From: a virus
Direction: 5' to 3' (one strand)
Virus record (IMG/VR): IMGVR_UViG_3300046168_000026
Span: 96,001 to 160,000 of that record
DNA length: 64,000 bases
Part shown: positions 37,179 to 47,926 of the stretch, one piece after another
Numbering within the stretch: position 1 is the first letter of the stretch
Layout of the letters: every line of letters begins with the position of its first letter
Program-made: the position numbers and the translations under genes
The notes under the pieces: generated by a model
Seen by the model: the letters and a program-made list of their open reading frames with translations, nothing else
Database searches by the model: none
Told to the model about the DNA's origin: nothing

Positions 37179-40100
37179 TTAGTAAAAGCTACCACTATGT
37201 ACAGACCTTATGATATAGACATCATCACCTGAAGACCATCCATTTGGTTTAAATGTTAGTATACCACCTTGAACTTCAAAATATCCTAAACCACTCATCG
37301 AAGCCCCTTGAGCACCAATTACACCTTTTACACCTTGAACACCCGTATTACCTTTAACGCCAGTACGACCACCTGAGCCAGTTGCACCTTTATTACCTGC
37401 ATTACCTTGAGCACCTTGAACACCACCACCACCTGTTGTACCTTTAGAACCTTTATCGCCTGAATTACCTGTTTTACCTTTTAGACCTTGTAAACCTACT
37501 GCGCCTGTATTACCTTTATCACCTGCGAGGCCTGTATTCCCTTTAATACCCGTTCTACCGCCAGAGCCAGTTGCACCTTTATTACCTGCATCACCTTGAG
37601 CTCCAACTGCACCTTGGTTTCCTGTATTACCTTTAGAACCCTTATCGCCTGCATCACCTTGAGCTCCAACTGCACCTTGTAAGCCCGTTGCACCCGTATT
37701 ACCTTTATCACCTGCTACGCCTGTATTACCTTTTACACCAGTACGACCACTTGAACCAGTTGCACCTTTATTACCTGCATCACCTTGAGCTCCAACTGCA
37801 CCTTGATTACCTTGGTTACCTTTTGCACCTTTATTACCTGCGAGGCCGGTATTACCTTTATTTCCTTTAACACCTTGGTTACCAGTATTTCCTTTATTAC
37901 CTGCATCACCTTGAGGACCTGTTGCACCTTTTACACCTGTTCTACCACCTGAGCCAGTAACACCTTTATTACCTGCAGCACCTTGAGCACCAAGTAGACC
38001 TTGATTACCAGTATTTCCTTTAGAACCCTTATCGCCTGAGTTACCTGTTTTACCTTTTAGACCTTGTAAACCTACTGCGCCTGTATTACCTTTGTTTCCG
38101 GCAACACCCGTATTACCTTTTACACCTGTTCTACCACCTGAGCCAGTAGCACCTTTATTACCTGCATTACCCTTAGTACCTTTATCACCTTGGTTACCAG
38201 TATCTCCTTTAGCACCTTTATCACCTGCGAGGCCTGTATTACCTTTTAGACCTTGTAAACCTACTGCGCCTGTATTACCTTTGTTACCTGCATCGCCAGT
38301 ATTACCTTTTACACCTGTTCTACCAGTTGAGCCAGTAGCACCTTTATTACCTGCATCACCTTGAGCTCCAATTGCACCTTGTAAACCTACTGCGCCAGTA
38401 TTTCCTTTAGAACCTTTATCGCCCGAATTACCTTTTGCACCTTTTAGACCTTGTAAGCCCGTTGCACCCGTATTACCTTTATTACCTGCGAGGCCTGTAT
38501 TCCCTTTAATACCCGTTCTACCACCTGAGCCAGTAGAACCCTTATTACCTGCGAGGCCTGTATTTCCTTTAACACCTTGGTTACCAGTATTTCCTTTACT
38601 ACCCTTATTACCTGCATCACCTTGAGCTCCAACTGCACCTTGTCGACCTACTGCGCCTGTATTACCTTTGTTACCTGCTACGCCTGTATTACCTTTACAC
38701 CAGTACGACCACCTGAGCCCGTACCACCTTTATTACCCGTATTTCCTTTTGCACCTGTTAGTCCTGTATCACCAGTATTTCCCTTAGCACCTTTATTACC
38801 TGCGAGGCCTGTATTTCCTTTATTTCCTTTAGCACCTTGATTACCTTGATTACCTTTAGCACCTGCGAGGCCTGTATTTCCTTTTGCACCTGTTGCACCT
38901 GCCGAACCTGCAGCACCTTTATTACCTGCGAGGCCTGTATTTCCTTTTACACCTTGGTTTCCTGTATTACCTTTAGAACCTTTATCGCCTGAATTACCTG
39001 TTTTACCTTTTAGACCTTGTAAGCCCGTTGCACCCGTATTACCTTTATTACCTGCGAGGCCTGTATTCCCTTTTACACCTGTTCTACCACCTGAGCCAGT
39101 AACACCTTTATTACCTGCAGCACCTTGGTTACCCTTAACACCTTGATTACCAGTATTTCCTTTAGCACCTTTATTACCTGCGAGGCCGGTATTACCTTTA
39201 TTTCCCTTTGCACCTTGGTTTCCTGTATTACCTTTAGCACCTGCAACACCCGTATTACCCTTAACGCCTGTTCTACCAGTTGAGCCAGTAGAACCTTTAT
39301 TACCTGTATTACCTTTGTTACCCTTAGCACCTTGGTCACCTGCCGAGCCAGTATTACCTTTTGCACCTTTATTGCCCGAATTACCTTTTGCACCTTTTAG
39401 ACCTTGTCGACCTGTGTTTCCTGTTGACCCTTTGTTTCCTGCAGAACCCGTATTACCCTTAACGCCTGTTCTACCACCTGAGCCAGTAGAACCTTTATTA
39501 CCTTGAGCACCTTGGTTACCCTTAGCACCTTGTAGACCTGTATTTCCTTTAGCACCAGTTTCACCTGCGAGGCCTGTATTTCCCTTTGAACCTTGATTAC
39601 CAGTATTTCCTTTAGCACCTTTATTTCCTGCGAGGCCTGTATTTCCTTTTGAACCTTGTCGACCACTGATTCCAGTAGCACCTTTATTTCCTGCAAGACC
39701 CGTATTACCTTTTGAACCTTGATTACCAGTATTTCCTTTTGAACCTTTTGCACCTGCGAGGCCTGTATTTCCCTTTGAACCTTGATTACCAGTATTTCCT
39801 TTAGCACCTTTATTACCTGCGAGGCCTGTATTTCCTTTTGCGCCTGTTCTACCACCTGAGCCAGTAGAACCTTTATTTCCTGCGAGGCCTGTATTTCCTT
39901 TTGAACCTTGTCGACCTGTATTACCTGTTGAACCTTTATTACCTGCGAGGCCTGTATTTCCTTTAGCACCTTGTAGACCCGTATTTCCTTTAGCACCTTG
40001 GTTACCTGCGAGGCCTGTATTACCCTTTACACCTGTTCTACCAGTTGAGCCAGTAGAACCTTTATTTCCTGCGAGGCCTGTATTTCCTTTAGCACCTTGA

Positions 40101-41431
40101 TTACCAGTATTTCCTTTTGAACCTTTTGCACCTGCGAGGCCTGTATTTCCTTTTACACCTTGGTTTCCTGTATTACCTTTTGACCCTTTTGCACCTGCGA
40201 GGCCTGTATTTCCTTTTGCGCCTGTTCTACCACCTGAGCCAGTAGAACCTTTATTACCTGCGAGGCCTGTATTTCCTTTAACTCCTTGTGCTCCTGTTGC
40301 ACCTTGTGAACCAGTTGCACCTGTATTTCCTTTTACACCTTGTCGACCTGTATTACCTGTTGAACCTTTATTACCTGCATTACCCTTTAAACCTGTTGGA
40401 CCTTGAGGGCCAGTTGCGAAACCGAGTCCAGCTATACCTGTATTACCCTTTAAACCTGTTGGACCTTGAGGGCCTGTTGCAGCTGATGCACCTGTAGCTC
40501 CCTTTGCACCCTGTCCTCCAGAAGAAGCATTTGAACCTGCATCACCTGCAGCTCCTTTTGCACCTTGAGGACCTGTGGAACTATCTGAATCGGAACAATT
40601 ATTACAAGATGTATAAGCTTGATAATTACCTGAACTGTTTAAACATAGTTGAGTACCATCAGGACTAACTGACCCTTGATTTTCATAACAAGTAGTACCT
40701 ATTTTTATTACAGTAGAATTAAATTCATCTTGAAATGCAAATTCAAAATAAGCATCATCACTACATCTTGAAAATTCATAGGCGTACTCACATTCCTCTT
40801 CCCCGAATCCTTTATCGTTGTGTACTATGAATCTATTAACTAAGAACAAGTCAGATTCTTCAATATCTAATTTTGATACTGGAAACTGACCTAATAAACT
40901 TGGATTCTCGGTATTTACTTCTTGAAAACCACCTGTAACTGGCACATATTCAAATGTAGAGTTATCTGATTTTAATTTTACTAAGTAATGGTTACTATAT
41001 TCGTCTGAACCCCATTCGATTCCATCTAATTGTTCAAAGTAAATATTCCACCCGCTTTGAATAGAAGAAGTGGTTTCGGTCTCTTCATCCCAAACAACTT
41101 GTCTATTTTTCTGTGCAACAAGGATATATTCTTGGTCTGTAACTGATAAGGAACCTGATGGTGTTTCTAATGTATATACATTTGCAAACTTTAAGGTATT
41201 AGAGTTATTTGCAATAGACCAAACAACTTCTTCATTTTCATTTAATTGAATATATGAAAAATCATTGAAACTACCCGTCCATGTAGTTGGTATATCATTT
41301 TGAAATGTATATCCACTCCCACTAAGACTAATACCTACAATAGTTGACCCTGAATTTATATTTTTTAATTCAGAAGTAGACCCTTGTAGATTTACTAAAG
41401 TATGTTGTGTATTTAAAAATCCAACTGCCAT
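37179..41431 (-). CDS. Collagen-like protein B: Hint domain, Cys-rich linker, ~1090-residue Gly-X-Y tract (~1417 aa after repairing a 1-nt deletion near 38695)
   Basis: The track ORF ends at 38678, where the repeat GGTGTAAAAGGT has lost one A. Gly-X-Y continues in the shifted frame to ...GYFEVQGGILTFKPNGWSSGDDVYIIRSVHSGSFY* (stop 37179-37181); 4253+1 nt = 1418 codons. Confidence 0.85.
40817..41431 (-). other. Hint-like domain of collagen B (aa 1-205), ending His-Asn
   Basis: MAVGFLNTQHTLV (block A-like, no Cys) ... VSKLDIEESDLFLVNRFIVHN|D (blocks F and G). Confidence 0.6.
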
Positions 41432-41448
41432 TGTAACCTTATTTTAGT

Positions 41449-44400
41449 TTATGAAGAACCACTTGTATACATTAATACAACAAATTTTGTACTTCCACTC
41501 TGAAATGTTAATAATCCATCAGTTGCCGAGTATGCAAATCCACCACTTGGACCTACTTCAGCGCCACCAATTAATGTTCCAATTCCACTTGCACCTTTCT
41601 GACCTTGTCCACCTTGAAGACCTTGAGCGCCTTGAGAACCTTTTGGTCCTTGAGCACCTTGAGCCCCCGTAGGACTTGCACCTTGAGCACCTTGAGGACC
41701 TTGAGCACCTTGAGCACCTTGGTCACCTTGAGGACTTGCACCTTGAGCACCTTGGTCACCTTGAGGACCTTGAGCACCTTGTGCACCAGTTGGACTGGCA
41801 CCTTGTGCACCTTGAGAACCTTTTGGTCCTTGAGCACCTTGAGCCCCCGTAGGACTTGCACCTTGAGCACCTTGGTCACCTTGAGGACCTTGTGCACCTG
41901 TATCTCCTTTTGGACTTGCACCTTGAGCACCTTGGTCACCTTGAGGACCTTGAGCACCTTGTGCACCAGTTGGACTGGCACCTTGAGCACCTTGAGAACC
42001 TTTTGGTCCTTGAGCACCTTGAGCCCCCGTAGGACTTGCACCTTGAGCACCTTGGTCACCTTGAGGACCTTGTGCCCCTGTATCACCTTTAGGACTTGAA
42101 CCTTGAGCACCTTGAGCACCTTGGTCACCTTTAGGACCTTGAGCACCTTGAGGACTTGCCCCTTGAGCACCCGTTGCTCCTTGAGCACCTTGAGGACCTT
42201 GAGCACCTTGAGCTCCCGTAGGACTTGCACCTTGAGCACCTTGGTCACCTTTAGGACCTTGTGCACCTGTATCTCCTTTTGGACTTGCACCTTGAGCACC
42301 TTGGTCACCTTGAGGACCTTGAGCACCTTGAGCACCTGTTGGACTGGCACCTTGAGCACCTTGAGAACCTTTTGGTCCTTGAGCACCTTGTGCACCAGTT
42401 GGACTTGCACCTTGAGCACCTTGGTCACCTTGAGGACCTTGTGCCCCTGTATCACCTTTAGGACTCGAACCTTGAGCACCTTGAGAACCTTTTGGTCCTT
42501 GAGCACCTTGAGCACCTTGAGGACTTGAACCTTGAGCACCTTGAGAACCTTTTGGTCCTTGAGCACCTTGTGCACCAGTTGGACTTGCACCTTGAGCACC
42601 TTGGTCACCTTGAGGACCTTGAGCACCTTGAGCACCTTGGTCACCTTTAGGACTTGAACCTTGAGCACCTTGGTCACCTTGAGGACCTTGAGCACCTTGT
42701 GCACCAGTTGGACTGGCACCTTGAGCACCTTGAGAACCTTTTGGTCCTTGAGCACCTTGAGCCCCCGTAGGACTTGCACCTTGAGCACCTTGAGAACCTT
42801 TAGGACCTTGAGCACCTGTATCACCTTTAGGACTCGAACCTTGAGCACCTTGGTCACCTTGAGGACCTTGAGCACCTTGTGCACCAGTTGGACTGGCACC
42901 TTGAGCACCTTGAGAACCTTTTGGTCCTTGAGCACCTTGAGCACCTTGAGGACTTGCTCCTTGAGAACCTTTTGGTCCTTGAGCACCTTGAGCACCTGTA
43001 TCACCTTTAGGACTTGAACCTTGAGCACCTTGAGCACCTTGGTCACCTTTAGGACCTTGTGCTCCCGTAGGACTTGCACCTTGAGCACCTTGTGAACCTT
43101 TTGGTCCTTGAGCACCTTGAGCACCTTGAGGACTTGAACCTTGAGCACCTTGAGAACCTTTAGGACCTTGAGCACCTGTATCACCTTTAGGACTCGAACC
43201 TTGAGCACCTTGGTCACCTTGAGGACCTTGAGCACCTTGTGCGCCAGTTGGACTCGAACCTTGTGCACCTTGAGAACCTTTAGGTCCTTGAGCACCTTGT
43301 GCACCAGTTGGACTGGCACCTTGAGCACCCGTATCTCCTTTAGGACCTTGTGCACCTGTATCTCCTTTAGGACTTGAACCTTGAGCACCTTGAGCACCTT
43401 GGTCACCTTTAGGACCTTGTGCTCCCGTAGGACTTGCACCTTGAGCACCCTGTGAACCTTTTGGTCCTTGAGCACCTTGAGCACCTTGAGGACTGGCACC
43501 TTGAGCACCCGTATCTCCTTTAGGACCTTGTGCACCTTGAGCACCTTGGTCACCTTTAGGACTAGCACCTTGAGCACCTTGGTCACCTTGAGGACCTTGA
43601 GCACCTTGTGCACCAGTTGGACTGGCACCTTGAGCACCCGTACTTCCTTTAGGTCCTTGAGCACCTTGAGCCCCCGTAGGACTTGCACCTTGAGCACCTT
43701 GAGAACCTTTTGGTCCTTGAGCACCTTGTGAACCTTTTGGACTGGCACCTTGAGCACCTTGTGAACCTTTTGGTCCTTGTGCACCTGTATCACCTTTTGG
43801 ACTTGCACCTTGAGCACCTTGAGAACCCTTTGGTCCTTGTGCACCTTGAGCACCTGTTGGACTTGCACCTTGAGCACCTTGAGAACCTTTAGGACCTTGA
43901 GCACCTGTATCACCTTTAGGACTCGAACCTTGAGCACCTTGTGAACCCTTTGGTCCTTGTGCACCTGTATCACCTTTTGGACTGGCACCTTGAGCACCTT
44001 GAGAACCTTTTGGTCCTTGAGCACCTTGAGCACCTGTTGGACTTGCACCTTGAGCACCTTGAGAACCCTTTGGTCCTTGTGCACCTTGAGCACCTGTTGG
44101 ACTCGAACCTTGAGCACCTTGAGAACCCTTTGGTCCTTGAGCACCTTGTGAACCCTTTGGACTTGAACCTTGAGCACCTTGAGAACCTTTTGGTCCTTGA
44201 GCACCTTGAGCCCCCGTAGGACTAGCTCCTTGAGCACCTTGTGAACCCTTTGGTCCTTGTGCACCTGTATCACCTTTTGGACTGGCACCTTGAGCACCTT
44301 GTGAACCTTTTGGTCCTTGTGCCCCTGTATCACCTTTAGGACTCGAACCTTGAGCACCTTGAGAACCTTTTGGTCCTTGAGCACCTTGAGCACCTGTTGG

Positions 44401-45159
44401 ACTTGCACCTTGAGCACCCGTAGTTCCTTTTGGTCCTTGAGCACCTTGAGCACCTTGAGGACTTGCACCTTGTGAACCTTTTGGTCCTTGAGCACCTTGA
44501 GCACCTTGAGGACTTGCACCTTGTGAACCTTTTGGTCCTTGAGCACCTTGTGCGGATGAACCTGATGAACCTTGAGCACCTTGAGAACCTTTTGGCCCTT
44601 GAGCACCTTGAGAACTTGCACCTTGAGCACCTGTAGCTCCCTTTGCACCCGTTGAACCAGATGAACCTGCCGAACCTTTTTGTCCTTTTTGTCCTTTAGC
44701 ACCTTGAGGACCTGTATTGTGTATTAGTAACTCACCTACAAAGTAATTATGGTCTGGTTCTACTTCGATACTTATAAGTTCTATTGGTTTTTCAACTAAT
44801 TTTACTGAAGTTATCTTTATTCCATTGAAAAATGGTGTAGTACCACATTTACAATCACCACAACCACATGATTCGTTACCGACTGGTGAAACCCATTCAC
44901 CATCTTTATATATTTTTATATCGACAGAAGTTTTTAGCTCAGTTCCGTCTGAAAGTTTAATTTGTAAGTAGGAGTCGAGAGTTCTTTCCCATTTGGTTAC
45001 AACCTTATTGTACCTAATGACCCCATTTTCAACATCATAACCTTTTATATAGTCACCAAGTTCAATATTAGACAAATTGATTGGAACGCCTTGTCTATTA
45101 TTTACTCTTCCTTTGATGTCTACTAAGGTATCTTTATGTAATCCATGTATATGTTCCAT
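41449..45159 (-). CDS. Collagen-like protein A: Hint domain and ~1040-residue periodically interrupted Gly-X-Y tract
   Basis: [15 protein letters not shown] triplets; short C-terminal domain [31 protein letters not shown]. Confidence 0.9.
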   Translation of the reverse strand: MEHIHGLHKDTLVDIKGRVNNRQGVPINLSNIELGDYIKGYDVENGVIRYNKVVTKWERTLDSYLQIKLSDGTELKTSVDIKIYKDGEWVSPVGNESCGCGDCKCGTTPFFNGIKITSVKLVEKPIELISIEVEPDHNYFVGELLIHNTGPQGAKGQKGQKGSAGSSGSTGAKGATGAQGASSQGAQGPKGSQGAQGSSGSSAQGAQGPKGSQGASPQGAQGAQGPKGSQGASPQGAQGAQGPKGTTGAQGASPTGAQGAQGPKGSQGAQGSSPKGDTGAQGPKGSQGAQGASPKGDTGAQGPKGSQGAQGASPTGAQGAQGPKGSQGAQGSSPKGSQGAQGPKGSQGAQGSSPTGAQGAQGPKGSQGAQGASPTGAQGAQGPKGSQGAQGASPKGDTGAQGPKGSQGAQGSSPKGDTGAQGPKGSQGAQGASPTGAQGAQGPKGSQGAQGASPKGDTGAQGPKGSQGAQGASPKGSQGAQGPKGSQGAQGASPTGAQGAQGPKGSTGAQGASPTGAQGAQGPQGDQGAQGASPKGDQGAQGAQGPKGDTGAQGASPQGAQGAQGPKGSQGAQGASPTGAQGPKGDQGAQGAQGSSPKGDTGAQGPKGDTGAQGASPTGAQGAQGPKGSQGAQGSSPTGAQGAQGPQGDQGAQGSSPKGDTGAQGPKGSQGAQGSSPQGAQGAQGPKGSQGAQGASPTGAQGPKGDQGAQGAQGSSPKGDTGAQGAQGPKGSQGASPQGAQGAQGPKGSQGAQGASPTGAQGAQGPQGDQGAQGSSPKGDTGAQGPKGSQGAQGASPTGAQGAQGPKGSQGAQGASPTGAQGAQGPQGDQGAQGSSPKGDQGAQGAQGPQGDQGAQGASPTGAQGAQGPKGSQGAQGSSPQGAQGAQGPKGSQGAQGSSPKGDTGAQGPQGDQGAQGASPTGAQGAQGPKGSQGAQGASPTGAQGAQGPQGDQGAQGASPKGDTGAQGPKGDQGAQGASPTGAQGAQGPQGAQGATGAQGASPQGAQGPKGDQGAQGAQGSSPKGDTGAQGPQGDQGAQGASPTGAQGAQGPKGSQGAQGASPTGAQGAQGPQGDQGAQGASPKGDTGAQGPQGDQGAQGASPTGAQGAQGPKGSQGAQGASPTGAQGAQGPQGDQGAQGASPQGDQGAQGAQGPQGAQGASPTGAQGAQGPKGSQGAQGLQGGQGQKGASGIGTLIGGAEVGPSGGFAYSATDGLLTFQSGSTKFVVLMYTSGSS
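41590..44620 (-). repeat. Predominantly 60-nt (20-aa) tandem repeat: six Gly-X-Y triplets plus a 2-residue P(T/K/Q) insert
   Basis: Consecutive 60-nt sequence lines around 42.2-43.5 kb start with near-identical words; unit [20 protein letters not shown]. Confidence 0.9.
44716..45159 (-). other. Hint (intein-like) domain of collagen A (aa 1-148), ending His-Asn followed by Thr
   Basis: [11 protein letters not shown]...[11 protein letters not shown]...[12 protein letters not shown]...[20 protein letters not shown]|TGPQG. Confidence 0.75.
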
Positions 45160-45169
45160 AACTTACCCC

Positions 45170-46001
45170 TTAACTAACAAAATCAAGTCTTAATATTATT
45201 GTGAAACCAAATCCCCTTGACCTGGCCGATGAACCTCTATTTACTAATAAACTTAATGGTGCACTACCACTAAATGCATATGTTGAACCAAAAGTATAGG
45301 TTGTTGGAACACCTGCGGTTGCTGAAATTGTTCCATTTACTTCGGTTGAAATATTGCCACCCTCTTCTTTCCATTGTAATCCAACAGTACCACTTGTTGC
45401 AGATTGATGTGGACTTACAATTACTGATTCTATATATCCATCGACAGGCGCTACATATTGCCAATAACCAGTTTGAACTTCTGCATCCATTTGGTTTATA
45501 TTGCCAAATGGTACATAGCCAGTTACTTCAGATGCTTTTTAGTACCTCACCATTTGTTACAATGATTTGTTTTTCTTTTTCTGCGTCAAGTGAACCTATA
45601 ATTGTAACACCACTATTATTTACTTGTAGTCTTTTTGTACCACCTGTTTTAACTTCAAAACTATCTGCACCACCAAATCCAAATTTAGTGTTGGTATCAC
45701 CTTTATGTTCAATGTATGTTGGTATTTCTATTAGACCAGATGCGGTAATATCAACGGCAGACAAGCTTGATTTACTCGTTAATGTATTATCTACGGTAAA
45801 ACTCGTAAATCTACCATCGTTAAATGTTAGTGCTGATGTACCAACCGACCCTATATTGTCGGTTTGTGGGACAATATTCGCTCCTGCGTTAAATTGTCCT
45901 TCAAGTTGAAAACCACCTTCGAATAATACATCCGATGAGGCGGTTACTTTGTTTAATACGGCATTACTGCCAGAAGTTATTAATTTTTTCCAATTTGGCA
46001 T
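45170..46001 (-). CDS. Fibre-like structural protein (~276 aa after repairing a 1-nt insertion near 45538)
   Basis: ORFs 45528..46001 and 45170..45490 join as VLK-ASEVTGYVPFGNINQMDAEV; N-terminus MPNWKKLITSGS. Confidence 0.65.
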
Positions 46002-46018
46002 ATTCTAATCCTCTTTGC

Positions 46019-46070
46019 GGTTGGTAACTCAACTATTGAGCCCACTTCCCCTTTTCGGGGGCCAACAACC
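46019..46070 (-). ncRNA. Candidate structured cis-regulatory RNA (multi-stem junction) in the leader of the fibre/collagen genes
   Basis: GGUUG/CAACC closing stem enclosing CCCC-GAAAA-GGGG and CUCAA-UAG-UUGAG hairpins; GC-rich island in AT-rich DNA. Confidence 0.4.
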
Positions 46071-46121
46071 AGGTTCTTTAATTTATTCCTTGTATATAAG
46101 TATCAAGAAAAAAAGAAAGAA

Positions 46122-46292
46122 TTACCCTTTTGACTTTTTTGCTTTAGGAGTTTTGAGTAATTCAATCTCCATTTGAATTTTTTGTTGAAGATTTACCATC
46201 ATAGATGCTTCAGCACCTGTAATTTGTAGTTTACTTAGAGCGATTTGAATTATTTTTAAATCTGCCTCTGTTAATCCATCATATTCTTGCAT
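46122..46292 (-). CDS. 56-aa hypothetical protein (below the track cutoff)
   Basis: MQEYDGLTEADLKIIQIALSKLQITGAEASMMVNLQQKIQMEIELLKTPKAKKSKG*; similar helix pattern to the neighbouring gene. Confidence 0.55.
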   Translation of the reverse strand: MQEYDGLTEADLKIIQIALSKLQITGAEASMMVNLQQKIQMEIELLKTPKAKKSKG

Positions 46293-46296
46293 AACT

Positions 46297-46482
46297 TTAT
46301 AATTTATCGTGTTCGTTTTGTAATTTTACTGCTAATTTGTAGATTCGTTCAATATCTCGTCCTTGGAAAGTTCCATTGGATATTAAAAACAAGAGAACCT
46401 CAAGCTCATTTTTACTAAGCTTGAGGTTTGTCTCTTTTTTTTGTGGTTGTGTTGTTTTACTAATGTTTTTGTGATTCGACAT
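46297..46482 (-). CDS. Small hypothetical protein (possible fibre chaperone)
   Basis: Start at MSNHK; LSKNELEVLLFLISNGTFQGRDIERIYKLAVKLQ. Confidence 0.6.
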   Translation of the reverse strand: MSNHKNISKTTQPQKKETNLKLSKNELEVLLFLISNGTFQGRDIERIYKLAVKLQNEHDKL

Positions 46483-46499
46483 AACTTTTTTTTTAATTA

Positions 46500-47819
46500 T
46501 TAAGAATAAATCCAAATAGTTTCATCATCAGTTCTTACATTAATAGTACCTACTCCTTGGAATGTTGGAGCGGTTGTTGGATTTGCACCCGTTGAAGTCT
46601 GAATATTACCTAATTTAGAATCTATATTTGCACTAGTTGCATTATGTGCTAATTCTTCGACAAATCCGAAGTTACCAGTACCTGCGCCAGTTCTTTCCCA
46701 ATAAATTGCGTGACCTGCTTGTGCAGTACCACTTGAACCACCAAATATAATACCAGCATCAGCACCAGCTGAACCAGAATTGATAAGTATGAATTGGTCT
46801 TCTACATTTAAGTTTGCAACATTTAATTCTGTTCTTGAACCTTCAACAGTTAAATCACCTGTCACTACCATATTTGCAAATTGTACATTAGAACTATTTG
46901 TTACACCTTGGTTCATTGCACCTAAGTAACCCCATTGAGTTGCTGAGATTGTTGTTGTACCGATGTTCTCTAATTGTGCACCTTCGTCTGCAGTTAAGTT
47001 ACTGATTTCAGTTACTGATGCTGCGGAGATTGAACCTGAATGTATTCCTGCACCCAATCCTCTAACACCTGCTGCCGTAAGTGTAAATGCGTTTGCACCA
47101 TCTGCTACATTTAATATACCTAAAACTTCTGATTTAGATAAAGCTTTTACTACACCATCTGAAGCTGCAGTTCTACCTACTATTGTGTCTGTTGCGACAT
47201 TTTGTATTTTAGCAAAAGTAACACCACTATCTTTAATTCTTAGTGCGTCTGAGTTAAGTTCGATTGTTGAATCGTCAACACCTACTGCTAATGAGATAGT
47301 TCCATTACTTCCTGTATTAGTAGTAAATGAACCACCACCTGATAAACCATTACCTGCAGTTACTGTTATTGTTGAATTTTGAACACCACCTAATGCAGAT
47401 ACCTGTGCTGATGAGGATACAATTCCTGCACCTAATGCTCTAATTCCTGCTGCGTCAGTTACATCTGCTCCGTTTTCAACATTAATCAGTTCTAATACAT
47501 TTGCTTTAGTTAATGCCGATGGAGCTGCAGTGTCCCCTGTTATATTACCTAAGATTGTATTGTTTGCAATACTTTCTATTTTTGCGAGTGTTACACCACC
47601 ATCTTTTATACTAATAGTTTTTCCCGCCGCACCATCATATGTGGTACCCGAGTTAAGTTGGATTGTCGAATTATCTACTGTAAGACTATTTCCAACTTGA
47701 GTTGCTGTTGTTGCCGTTGTTGCGTTTCCGACTAAATTACCTTTGAATCCTACTGATGCAGAAACTTCGGCTAAACTAGCTATCGAACCCGAGACAATGA
47801 CTTTTTTCCATGTTGCCAT
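46500..47819 (-). CDS. Tail fibre-like structural protein
   Basis: MATWKKVIVSGS N-terminus, duplicated 'IKDxGVTxAKI' module, VTGDLTVEG..VEDQFILIN. Confidence 0.7.
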   Translation of the reverse strand: MATWKKVIVSGSIASLAEVSASVGFKGNLVGNATTATTATQVGNSLTVDNSTIQLNSGTTYDGAAGKTISIKDGGVTLAKIESIANNTILGNITGDTAAPSALTKANVLELINVENGADVTDAAGIRALGAGIVSSSAQVSALGGVQNSTITVTAGNGLSGGGSFTTNTGSNGTISLAVGVDDSTIELNSDALRIKDSGVTFAKIQNVATDTIVGRTAASDGVVKALSKSEVLGILNVADGANAFTLTAAGVRGLGAGIHSGSISAASVTEISNLTADEGAQLENIGTTTISATQWGYLGAMNQGVTNSSNVQFANMVVTGDLTVEGSRTELNVANLNVEDQFILINSGSAGADAGIIFGGSSGTAQAGHAIYWERTGAGTGNFGFVEELAHNATSANIDSKLGNIQTSTGANPTTAPTFQGVGTINVRTDDETIWIYS

Positions 47820-47926
47820 TTTGTTTTCCCTTTTAATTTATTTTTTTAAACATTATGATACACAACCAATGCATCAATAGCGAAACTTCTTAAATCTATA
47901 TACAATAAATATAGATTATTTTTTTA

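Noticed and set aside
41590-44620. 60-nt periodic repeat as CRISPR, satellite or DGR element
   Set aside because: Fully explained by the 20-aa collagen unit; no reverse transcriptase or template/variable repeat pair seen
41571-44702. 1043-aa ORF of KVLKV repeats, and similar VIK, HLE and STL ORFs across 37.4-44.7 kb
   Set aside because: Shadow frames of the GGT-GCT-CAA-type collagen codon repeats; no independent start signals
40817-45159. Hint domains as ordinary mobile splicing inteins
   Set aside because: Almost no N-extein, no Cys/Ser at position 1, no homing endonuclease, and Asp at +1 in collagen B
46019-46070. Assignment of the leader RNA to a known class (ZTP riboswitch, hammerhead, tRNA)
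   Set aside because: The defining conserved cores are not present by eye; kept only as an unassigned candidate
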